Source: Chiloscyllium plagiosum (lineage: Eukaryota). Taken from it: DNA of 58,932 nucleotides. Location: NCBI RefSeq assembly GCF_004010195.1, contig NW_025215017.1, forward strand, positions 1-58,932, written 5' to 3'. This document shows, piece by piece, positions 1 through 12,049 of the stretch (its first letter is position 1; every line of letters begins with the position of its first letter). The notes beneath the pieces are model-generated. The model did no database searches and was not told the DNA's origin. It saw only the letters and a program-made list of their open reading frames with translations. A program made the position numbers and the translations under genes.

Positions 1-254
1 GATTTATCTGGAAGTTGGTGGGGTGGGAGGTGAGGACCAGTGGGGTTCTGTCCTGGTGGCGATTGGAGGGGTGGGGTTCAAGGGCGGAGTAGCGGGAAGT
101 GCGGTGGAGAGCATCGTCAACCACGTCTGAGGGGAAATTGCCCCCTGTAAAAACGCCATCCCATATTCTCAATTCCTTCGCCTCTGCCGCATCTGCTCCC
201 AGGAGGACCAGTTCCAATACCGTACAACCCAGATGGCCTCCTTCTTCAAAGACC
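1..254 (-). mobile_element. Penelope-like element RT C-terminal/linker fragment with inverted 5' segment
   Basis: + strand 140-254 reads APCKNAIPYSQFLRLCRICSQEDQFQYRTTQMASFFKD; - strand 141->1 continues (R)NFPSDVVDDALHRTSRYSALEPHPSNRHQDRTPLVLTSHPTNFQIN. IPYSQFLRLxRICS is a recognised vertebrate PLE motif. Confidence 0.85.
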
Positions 255-859
255 CTTTATGATGCCTTTGGCAATCTTCATTACCACCTCTGCCTTTCCA
301 TTAGTGGTAGTGTGTAGGTGATGTATGGTATTGAATGACCAAATCATTTATGAAAGGCATGCATTCTTCACTCATAAATTATGGGCAATTATCATACATC
401 ACTATGTCTGAAAGGCTATAATGACTGAAGTACTTTTTTTAGGCATTCCACAATCTCACTAATAGTTATTGTTGTGAACTGGTCTAATTCTGAGTAGTCA
501 GAATAGTAGCCAATGGTGACAAGACAATCAATTCCTGCAAAAGTGAGAGTTCTACTCCAGGCTTTATCCTAAAGGGATGTCATATTTCATAAGCAGTTAT
601 TTGGCTTGCTTAATTTTGTATTCATTGCAAACACTGCACTGAATGATGTCCTTAATCTCAGTGTTCACATAGGATTACAAGAGCACTTCTGTTATCTTCT
701 TCAGACTGGATTCCTTGATAGATTTCATGGATGCATTTCTGCATCTCATGTCTCATGTCCTTAGTTATGACTCTGTATGACTCAAACCAGCAGAAGTGCT
801 TCCTCTGATTCCCATTTATGCTAATTTTGAAAGAGCTGCCATTTTTAGTCAAATGCAGC

Positions 860-1510
860 CTTGATGACACGAGCCGTCACTGTCAACTCACCACTAGAAT
901 TAACCTCTTTTGTCCAGGTTTTAGACCAAGGTGAGGAGTTGAGTGGCCCTGGCAAAGCCCAAACTGAACATCAGCGGCATGTTATTGCTAAAAGGGTGTT
1001 GCTTGATAACAATGTTGATGACCCCTTTCATTATTTTATTGATAATCGAGAATAGACTGATGAGGAAGTAGTTTGCCAGATTAGATTTGTCCTGCTTTTT
1101 GTGTATAGGATTTAGCAATTTTCCATATTGCAGGTGCAGGAGTCTTCTCCTCAAATAATTGTTTAATTGTCCATGACAACTGTCACAACAGTATGTGGCA
1201 GGACAGCAGACCTTAGATCTGACCATTAGTTGTGGAATCATTTCGCCCTGTCTATCACTTGTTGACAATTCATTTTTTGGTATGCCTGACACTACTTCTT
1301 GTATATTCTAATGCACTTTTCACTTGAATGAAGGTTAATCTCCTGACCTGATGGTCATGGTGGAGTGCTGAGCCAAGAGGTTGCAAATTGTATTTGTCAC
1401 ATGGATGCCCAGTCTTAAGTTACTAGAACTTTTCAAAATCTATCATATTTGGTATGAAGGTAGTACCGCACAACAAAATAGAGAGCATCTTTAGTGTCAT
1501 GATGGGACTT
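860..1510 (-). mobile_element. Decayed CR1-group LINE fragments (family B)
   Basis: Minus-strand ORF remnant PIHKKQDKSNLANYFLISLFSIINKIMKGVIN resembles LINE RT domain PVHKKQDKSNPANYRPISLLS; boundaries approximate. Confidence 0.7.
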
Positions 1511-1823
1511 CATTTCCTTAAGGACTGTGTGGTCACTCAAATCAAGGGTAATCAGGTGTGGAGGAAAGGTGCTGCCTTTGACAGTGACAACCACATCCCA
1601 AGAAAAGTCAAAGAAGAAAATATATACATGTTGAAATTCATATAGTTTCATGTGCTATAAGTTTGGTCTATTGAGAAATCTTGTTAATAGCCATTTGTTG
1701 ACCCTGCAAACTTGACACAAAATGCATCAAGGTTAACCTCTGGTACAGTGGCGATCCTGATCAGATCATTGTTGCTCCATTATGGAAACTTGCAAATGGG
1801 CCATAGAGAAATCCTATTGGAAT

Positions 1824-1915
1824 TGAAATATTAACTCGGTTTATCTCTGCGTAGATGCTGCCAGATCTACTATGTTTCTCTAGCACTTCCTATTTTGATT
1901 TCAGATTTCTACAAT
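1824..1915 (+). mobile_element. Decayed PLE terminal-repeat fragment
   Basis: gaaatattaactc...gatgctgccagatct...tcagatttc resembles the copies at 34081 and 58633. Confidence 0.55.
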
Positions 1916-2958
1916 ATGTAATATTTTACTTACATTTTAAATTATATACTTACCTAACAAGAATCTGAGTTATTGGCCTTAGATTGAAATGTTGAATGCA
2001 AAACACCGATGGATTTCTCCAAATTTGTATGTTCATTATGCTGAACAATTCTGACTGTGCTATTAATAACACTAACAACTAATTTAATGTACTCAGTTGA
2101 GCTTGTAACGTGGCTTATTTATACTTCTCAAAGCAGCTTGGGGAATCTCTGGGTCCCTGTTCCTTTCTCCAGGGCAATGCCTGAGCAAAAGTGAATTTGC
2201 CAAACTATCAACACCTATTTCCTCCTGTAATATAAGTTGTTGTGAGCGTTTCAAATTGGAATCCTCGCATTTGTCCCAGCAACACTTCAAAATTTGGGAC
2301 ATAAGGGGAAAGAGGAGCCAGTAGGGGATGGCACTGAGACTGACAGAAGGCAGAGAATAACAGTAATGGGGTCTTTTTCAGGATGGCAGCCAGTGACCAC
2401 AGGTCATTCTGCTATTAACGCAACAGTTATGTTCCTGAGGCCAGGTGTTGACATACTGTCTATTGTACAATCTACCCAATCTTTACTTCTGGCCATTTCT
2501 AATATGGGGACCCAATTCAGAAATTGAAAGTTTCCATCAAAATTTCTCAAGTTAAGTATCTGTACTATTAAATACCAATGATTTATATCAGTATTTTGTG
2601 CAATAATGGATTTGATTTTTGTGTAGTACTGTTCTGGTTATGATAATAACCGCGCAAATATGTTTTCTTACACAAGTCTCAAATTAAATCCTATTATCTA
2701 AAAATAGTTTGACACTTGCATCATCAAGATATCCTCTACTACAGTAGTTCCACTTTTTCTATTTTATGATTAGGATACCCTTCTGAGCTAGTAGGTTCTG
2801 TGAATATTTTATAAATGTGAAGTAATTTCACACTTTCTGTAAAGTAAAAAAGGAGAGGATCACTATAATTTAATATCAAGGTAACTTTATGAGCTATTTT
2901 GCTTTGTATATATATTTTTGGAAGTACTGAAAATAATATTTTGTTTCCATCTCCTTGA

Positions 2959-3252
<294 letters not shown>

Positions 3253-3814
3253 TGAGGGGGCTAGGTGGCTAGAGTGCACTGCATAATAATGCTGACAGCC
3301 TGTTTTTAATCCCCATACCAGCTGAGGTAGTGTTTGAACCTGTCTGTTCTCCTTGAGTCATGCCATATGGCAGAAGACCTGACTAACAATTGCCAGACAA
3401 TGAAGACAAAACATGCAGAGAAAAAGATGAATTCCATTTCTTCTCCAATTTAGCACCGTCAAACAAATTAAGTTGGATATATATATTCATGAAATGGTAA
3501 AACGTTCTTGATATTAATAACAAATATGAAATTTTTGGGTCAGATTTTCACGCAAGTGTCAGCCAAAACAGAAATGGGTAGCATTTAAAAGCAGTGGGCA
3601 GCATCTGATTCTATGATTCCCTCCACATCCCTGTTAAGTGGGATTTTTTAAGGGTATGGGTCATGAGCCACCATGTGGTAATCCCATTGTTGCCTGCTCT
3701 ATTGGAGAGCTACGCATTTTAGATACTGTTTCAATGGAGGAGGAAAGGATTGCCTCAGAGGAATTGAGAGCCATGGGGAAATCCTAGTCTGGAGTTGTAA
3801 ACCTTTGACAATTG

Positions 3815-4280
3815 AAAAACATTGAAAATAGGAGCAGGAGGGGGCCATTCATTCCTTTGGACCTGATCATGGCTGTTCATCCAACTTAGTACCCTGTTTC
3901 GGTTTTTACCCTGTACTCTTTGATCCATTTAGCTCCAAGAACTATACCCAAATGCTTCTTGAAAATGTTCAGTGTTTTGGCCTTAACCACTTTCTGGTGG
4001 CAGAGAACTCCAAAGGCTTGCCACTTGGGTGAAGAAATTTCTCCGCATTTCAGTCCTACCTTGCCTACCCAGTATTCTTAGACTGTGACCCTTGGTTCTG
4101 GACTCCCCAGTAATCAGGAACATCCCTCCTACATTTACCCTATCTAGTCCTGTTAGAATTTTATACATTTCTAGGAGTTCCCCTGTCCCTGTAATTGTTC
4201 TAAATTGTAGTGAACATGGTCCCAACTGATGCAGTCATCCTTCATATATCAATCCTGCCCATCCCAGGGATCAGCCTGAT
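3815..4280 (-). mobile_element. CR1 LINE 3' fragment
   Basis: ORF 3983..4225: YKILTGLDRV...GESRTKGHSLRI...EMRRNFFTQV..LWSSLP, the CR1 ORF2 C-terminus. Confidence 0.85.
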
Positions 4281-5082
4281 GTTGTCAACTACAAATGTGA
4301 TATGAGAAACATGCTAAATACAGTGATTAATTGTTTAAAAAAGATAAGTAAAAGGCAACCATTAAATTGGCAAGCAGTGTGAAAATGTTCAGATGCATTA
4401 AAGTACTTTATCCATACATCAGGACAAATGCAATAATGGAAATTTCAAACAAACAACAATATTACAGAAAATTATTTCTGAAAGTTACATACATTCATGT
4501 ACAGGAAGCTTTTGTCTTCAAACAAAAGAATTATATTTAAGCTTTGTGCCTTTTTGTGTTAAGTAGAAGATTGGAAGTTTATGGTTCCTGTTGCTTTCTC
4601 TCTGGCAATGTCTTAACCAATCAGATCTGACTTGCCAATCAATCAGCATGTTTTCTTCTGTAATATTATTGTTTCTGTTTGAAATTTCTGTTCTTGCATC
4701 TTTCCTGATAAGTGCAAGTCAAGAAGCTTTGGCAATATGTCCTTCTTTCCAGCAATACCTTGAACTACAAAATCCCTTATTATTTCGGAGAGTGCTACTA
4801 GATTCCTGCAGGCAATTTAACCCAACTCACACAGTAAATGGCTTTTTATACTCCATCTGATTTTACACACAATGATGATAGCCTCAATACTTCAAGCCTT
4901 TGAGTGTTATCATCAATTCTCACTTCTACAACTAGTTTAGTCTATTGTTTGCTGAAAACCTACTTGGTGATATTTCCGTGGATCTTATTTACCCTTTAGC
5001 ACGAAAAAGATACCACTGGCAGGTTAGATGGTGTTTGTAGAAACGTTATGATAATTAAACATGACTGCTCGACTTTAAATAA

Positions 5083-5394
<312 letters not shown>

Positions 5395-5499
5395 TGATTT
5401 TTTTTGTTTAGAAGAACACTAGATTGCCAAATTTCACATGATTACAAAAATTTGTACGTATTTATAATCATTTACACCAATATTTATAATGGAGTGATA

Positions 5500-6440
5500 C
5501 CTAGCACATAGAAAGATGTTTGTTATTATTGGAGGGCAGTCATCTCAGCTCCAAGACATCTCTACAGGACTTCTTAAGGATAGTGTCCTAGGCCCAGCTG
5601 TCTTCAGCTGCTTCATCAATAACTTTCTCTTCATCATAACTTCAGAAATAGATGTTCATGTGGCTGCAGTTCAGGTCCAAATGCAAGACCTGGACATGTG
5701 CTGAAAAGTGGCAAGTAACATTTATGCCATGCAGATGTCAGGCAATATCTTACCAATAAGAAACAATCTAATTCCTCATAACATTCAAAGACATTACCAT
5801 CACTGAATCCCCCAATATCAACATCCTGGAAATTACCATTGAGCAGAAACTGACTGGACTCTCTATACAAATACAACAACTACCAGACCTGGTCAAAGAT
5901 TCGGAATCCTGCAATGAATAACTCATCTTCTGATTCCCTAAACCTGTCCACAATCTACAATGCGTAAGTGAGGAGTGTGATAGAATACTCTGCACTTGCT
6001 TGGATGGGTGCTGCTCCAACAACACTTCAGAAGCTTGACACCATCCAGGGCAGTACAGTCTGCTTGATTGGTACCACATTCACAAAAACTCCATCAATCC
6101 ACCATCAACACTCAGTAGTAGCGGTGTGTATCATCTACAAGATGCACTGCAGGAATACACCAAAGATCCTTACATAGCACATTCCAAACCCATGACCACT
6201 TCCATCTAGAAGGACAAGGACAGCAGATACATGGGAACACCGCCCCCTGCAAGTTATGCCTTGGAAATATATTGCCGTTCCTTCAGTGTTGCTGTGTCAG
6301 AGTTATTGAGCTCCTTCACTCACGGTATTGTCGGTCTACCTACATTACATGTGTCGCAACAGTTCAAGAAGGCAGCTCACACCACCTTCGCAAGGGCAAC
6401 TAGGGACAGGCAATAAATACTAACCTAGCTAGCAATATCA
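5500..6440 (+). mobile_element. CR1-group LINE (family B) RT and 3' end, decayed
   Basis: GGQSSQLQDISTG..DSVLGPAVFSCFINN; RSVIEYSALAWMGAAPTTLQKLDTIQ; 3' tail gggcaactagggacaggcaataaa. Confidence 0.8.
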
Positions 6441-7288
6441 TCTTGCGTGCTTCAATTAAACCTGCTTCGAGCACATGCCTCGGCAGTGCATTCCATATCC
6501 TAACTATTCATTCTGTGAAAATGTTTTTTGTCTCACATTGCCCTTGCTTCTTTTGTAAATCCACTTTAAACCAATATCCTCTCATTCTTTGTTTTCTCTT
6601 TTATGAGCTGGAACAGCTTCTCCCTATCTGCTCTATCCAGCTCACTCAGGATTAAGTGAATAAAAGAAAATCAGACAAGTAGTTGCCATAAATGTACAGT
6701 AGAAAATATTCAATATTTTTAGGCATTTCTATGTCCTATAGAATTTCAAACATAGCTGACAACACTGATCAGAACCCCAAACAGTGAAGACTGACAACAC
6801 TACGTTCATGGCCATATGATCAGCAGATGTGTTAGCAAACCAGCAATTCTCATTCTAAGGATCTGCTTCAGGGGCCTAAGAAGATTTGGAGGTTCTCTTC
6901 AATATGCACCAGCTAGGGTATCTAGAATGGTTATATAACCTGCACTCTGCCCAACATTATTCATGAAGATGACAAAAAGCATCAATAGAGCTGACTATGT
7001 ACCCACCATTGCACCACCCTTCACAAATCACAGAACAGCAGTGTGATTGACACAGCTATGCTATCATGCTTCAAGTCATCAACAGTATTAATACCTGGGT
7101 TTTCAAATTTCCAAAAGAAAATGTAATTAGTCTCTACTGAGATCATAGCTGTCTTTAAAGACCACTTTTTGTCAGTCAGTTGATATTTGGTCACCGCTCC
7201 AAATATCTCTCCTTGAATAATTAACTTTGTTTCCTTACATTTATGCAAAATACATTCAAACATTTCTGAGATTAACTGCACTTTATGA

Positions 7289-7522
<234 letters not shown>

Positions 7523-7813
7523 TGATGTTCTGTAGGATCTCAGTAAAAGGCTGCCATTTATTGGTGTCAGCCTTGACTACTTTTTTTATCTTCAAAATCA
7601 GAAGGTTTAGAATTCATGTTCCAAAGACTAGAGTTCATAATTTAGACAGATACTTGTGTGCCACATTGAATGAAACATTTTCTGTTGAAAGGTAAGTTAG
7701 ATCAAGACCTTTTAGCCATCTTATTAATTAATGTCCCTAGACATCACTTTGCAGCTACAGTGTTTTCCTGTTTTGACTGCAAGGAATAGATCTCTCTTTG
7801 TTATTCCATGTTC

Positions 7814-7814
<1 letters not shown>

Positions 7815-7845
<31 letters not shown>

Positions 7846-7925
7846 GTCCTTGTCTGTCTTTCTTTCTCTCTGTCTGTCTCTTTCTCTCCCCTTTTTCCTC
7901 TCCCCTCTCTCTCTCTCTCTCTCTC
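7815..7925. repeat. (TC)n / pyrimidine-rich microsatellite
   Basis: Direct reading of tctctc tracts. Confidence 0.9.
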
Positions 7926-8449
7926 CCCCTCCCCAACCCCACCTCTCTGCTAATCAGTAAGCTGCCTGTGGTGAGCATGTGTCTTGCTGGCAGTATGCCT
8001 CAACCTTGTAAATTTGAGGGGACATGAAAGTGAAAAACAAGTCCCCAGCTGACTCCTGCAGATGGCCATTGCTGTGACCTCACTAACCTCATCGCCATTT
8101 CCATTGCAATCCAGCTGTTGTTGAAGTCCATCTGATTGACTTTTTATGGGTAAAATACAAATGAACTGTGCCCAAGTTGCCAATTAATATGCAATCCCAT
8201 AAAACATGTTTAAAGGTAAATATTTTACATAAATAAATGCACCACACTGCCTATCAGGAACCTAGCCATAAAGACCAAACTTTTTTCTTCCACAATAAGG
8301 CATGGCAGCTGATTCATATGTAGAGTTAAATATTACTGCAGTTGAAATGTTTATCTACTTTGTGTTATATTTAATATGGACATTTCCCTTGTCCACTGAT
8401 CAATATTTTTTAACAACAGAAAAGTGTAGTCTTGTCTGAAGAATGGTGA

Positions 8450-8680
8450 CTGGTTTGCACATGTCTGCATGGGTTTCTATTGTGTGCTCACGCTTCCTCC
8501 CTTAGTCCAGGCATCTGCAGGCTAGGTGGATTAGCCATGGTAAATGTGGGGTTATGGGGAAAAGGGTAGATAATGGGGATAGGATTAAGTTAATTCTGCT
8601 TTCTCCCCACAGATCCTGCCAGACACACTGAATTTTTTCAGCAATTTTGTTTGATTTCCAGTATCTGCAGTTCATCAATT
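8450..8680 (+). mobile_element. HE1-like SINE internal fragment (about 8450-8582) abutting a PLE terminal-repeat fragment (about 8590-8680)
   Basis: gtctgcatgggtttc...ggctaggtggattagccatggtaaat, then ccacagatcctgccagac...tttccagtatctgcag. Confidence 0.65.
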
Positions 8681-8765
8681 TTTTTAGTGTAGTCTTGTCA
8701 GCTTGTTACTGCTATCCTTGAGTAACCTATGTCATTGATGTTAGTAAGTATAATTTTTGTTACAG

Positions 8766-8856
8766 GGACTACGTCTAGCACCAATACTCTGGTAGCTGGA
8801 CAGGAGAGTTTCCCAGAAATTGATGAGGGACGAATGATGAAAGAAACTGATGAAAG
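8766..8856 (+). CDS. FRY: FRY coding exon 4 of window (not in ORF track)
   Basis: ttacAG; (G)TTSSTNTLVAGQESFPEIDEGRMMKETDE(R); AG|GTTTGT; 91 nt, phase consistent with neighbours. Confidence 0.92.
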
Positions 8857-9016
8857 GTTTGTGTGCAATCTGAAATCTCATCAATAACTTGCAGACTTAA
8901 AACTAAGAGTTACTGTATTGAGATCAAGCCAATGTAGTAAATTATGCTTGAAATTGACTCAGTGTCTTCTACTTCTTGAGAAGGCTTAAATAATATTAGT
9001 TCGGGGGACTTCGCTT

Positions 9017-9290
9017 CATAGAATCTCAACAATGTGGAAAGAGGCTGATTAGCCCATCAAGCCAGCATCGACCCTCCAAAGAGCATCCCACCCAGACCTA
9101 GCCCCCACTCTATCCCCATCACCCCACATTTACCACGGCTAATCCACCGAGTCTGCAGATCTCTGGATTATGGGAGGAAACTAGAGCACACAGCAGAAAC
9201 CCATACAGACAATCACCCAAGGCTGGAAACAAACCTAGGTCCCTGATGCTACAAAGCAGCAGTGCTATCCACTGGAGCACCATACCACCT
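9017..9290 (-). mobile_element. HE1-like tRNA-derived SINE, decayed
   Basis: Reverse complement resembles 33844-34050; catagaat tail and A/B-box-like head. Confidence 0.75.
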
Positions 9291-9942
9291 TCAACTAGAG
9301 ACAGGGAAAATGGAAAATTTATTCCTTATACCATGTAATAGCATAAAGAAGTCATTAGAGCCAAAATGTCTCCAATATTAAAAGCAGTAATCAGATGATC
9401 CAGGCATTCTACCTATCTTGGAAGTATGCCACAAAAGTACCCGAAAGGATTTGACCAATTGGTAATATTCTTGAGTTTAAAGGTGCAACAATAAGATTGG
9501 GAATAAGAAGGTCACAAATTACAAGCTTGCATATATTTCCACAGATTTTAATGGAAATACCAGAAGGATTTCCACACTGTATGGATTCTGTGATAATGTG
9601 TTAGCATGTCACCACTCTGCATCATGCATGGCTAACCCAGAGACCTCCCCAGTTTACCTTAGACTTATCAGAAGGATTTACAGATAAATTATTGACCTGA
9701 TTACAGGGCACATTACAAATACACCTTCCATCATGAAATTCTGAAGTAGGACTGAAACCCAAAGCACCTGGCTCAGAGGCAGTGACACTATCATTGCACC
9801 ACTAGTTCCAAATTGATTAACCACACTGATATAGTAGAGTTTGCCATAACCAATTCATATTCATAATGATTTTCTTGTATTTCGCAAATAAATCTAAAAG
9901 CATATAAAATAGAAGCATCATAAAAGCGGATTTAAATTTTCA

Positions 9943-10280
9943 ATCATAGAATCCCCACAGTGTGGAAACAGGCCCTTCAGCCCAACAAGTCCACGCAGAC
10001 CCTCCAAAGAGTAACCCACCCAGACCCACTCCTCTACGCTATTATCTTATATTTACCCCTGACTAATGCTCCTAACCTACACATCCTTGAACAGTATGGA
10101 CAATTTAGCATGGCCAATTCACCTAACATGCACATTTTTCGATTGTGGGAGGAAACTGGAGCACCTGGAGGAAACCCACGCAGACAGGGAGAATGTGCAA
10201 ACTCCACACAGACAGTCACCCGAGGCTGGAATCGAACCCAATTAGCTCAGTGGCTAACCACTGAGCAACTGTGCTGCCCC
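9943..10280 (-). mobile_element. HE1-like tRNA-derived SINE (V-SINE type)
   Basis: cagtgtggaaacaggcccttcagcccaacaagtccac tail; gggagaatgtgcaaactccacacagacagtcacc core; ends gtgctgccc. Confidence 0.88.
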
Positions 10281-10499
10281 ACTTTGCTAGTTTACAACTT
10301 TAATCATATACATCTCCCTGCACTTAAATAAAAATGTTCTTTCCAGGTCCTCCATATGACTCTTACATGGCTTTAAATTTACTATGAATATTACCTGCAT
10401 AGTTAATACAATTAATATTGGGTAGCATGTAATTCCAACCAATGCAACAATCAGTTGCTTGTTGATGAAGTGGAAGAAAATATTGTTCGGGAATTCATC

Positions 10500-12045
10500 T
10501 TTATTCATTCATAGGATATGAACATCGGTGGCAGGGCCACTGATTCTCATTTCTGTTTGCCATTAAAAAGGTGGTGGAGCACCGTTTTCCTAAGCTGCTG
10601 CAGTCTGTGATTTTTCATCCACGCTGCTGTAAGTGAAGGGGTTCCAGAATTTGGATCCTGTGTTTAGAGGTGCATGCATTTTTACCAGCAGGTTTAAGAT
10701 TCTGGGGAGAGAAAAATATTTTACTGGAGAAGTTCAACAGCGCAAAATTCATTTTCACTGCACCGTTTAGTGAAAACAGATCACCTTCCGGAGGGTGCTT
10801 GCAGCAGATCCTCAGATAGTATGAAATAGTCCTTGCCTGGCACTTGTCTGGCATGAAGGTTATTTGCCATCTGTCACATTGGCTGTTGTCCAGGTCTTGC
10901 TGTGTATGGACATGCACTACTTCAATTTCTGAGGAGTTGCACGTGGTGCTGAGCATTGTGCAATCATTACTGAGAAACCCCACTTCTGACATTTTGATGG
11001 AGTGAAGGTCATTGTTGAACCAATTGAAGATGGTTAGGCCTTGGATGCATTCAGACAATGTTACCTTGATGTCAAAGGCAATCACTTTCTCAACATCACT
11101 GTAGTTTCAGTTTTTTTTATGTTTGGGCCATGGCTGCAATTAGTTCAGGTACTATGTAGCCCTGGTGGATTCCAAACTGACCATTAGTGAGCAGGTTATT
11201 CCTTTGCAAGTGCATTTGACAGTATTGACAAGAAACCCGTCCATCACTTATAGAGTCATAGACCCTTCGGTCCAACTTGTCTGCGCCGACCAGATATCCG
11301 AAATGGATCTAGACCCATTTGCCAGCATTTGGCCCATAACCCTTTAAACTCTTCCTATTCATGTACCCATTCAGACGCTTTTTAAGTGTTGTAATTGTGC
11401 TCACCTCCACCACCCGCATAAACGCACCTACTTTCTGTGTGAAGGTTGCCTCTGAGGTTCCTTTTAAATCTTTCCCCTTTCACCTTGAACCAATTTTTGA
11501 CTCCCCTACTCTGTGGAAAAGACTTTGGCTATTAACCCTATCCATATTCCTCTTGATTTTACAAACCTCTGTAAAATCCCCCCTCAGTTTCCAAAGCTCC
11601 AGTGAAAATATTAGCCTCTCCGAGTAGCTCAAACCCTCCAACCCTGGTAATATTGTTGTAAATCTTCACTAACATCCTCACTATAGCCAGGAGACCAGTA
11701 TTGAATACTGTACTTTAAAAGTGGTCTCACCAATGTCCTGAACAGCTACAACATTACGTTCAACCCCTGTACGCAATGCACTGATGAATGAAGGCAACTG
11801 TGCCAAACACCTTCTTCACTACCGTGTCTACTTTTCAGATGATCAAGAGTGGGCTGATAAGCAAGTTACTGTTGGGTAAGATTTGTCCTGCCTTTTGTGG
11901 ACAGGAGATACCTGGCAATTTTCCATATTGTTGGGTCAGTGCCTGTGGTGTAGCTGTACTAGATAAGCTTGGATGGGATATAGCAAGTTCCAGAAGAAAA
12001 TCTTCGACACTCTTGCTAGAATAAGACTTCATGGGGTCAAAGTCT
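10500..12045 (-). mobile_element. Family-B LINE interrupted by a CR1/HER1 3' fragment (about 11251-11835)
   Basis: ORF 10615..11085 has RT remnants (NDCTMLST, QQDLDN, WQITFMPDKCQ); family-B sequence resumes at about 11836 after an insert starting tagagtcatag. Confidence 0.75.
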
Positions 12046-12049
12046 TAAG

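Noticed and set aside
7724..8027. RE-rich and SL-rich ORFs
   Set aside because: Translations of a (TC)n microsatellite.
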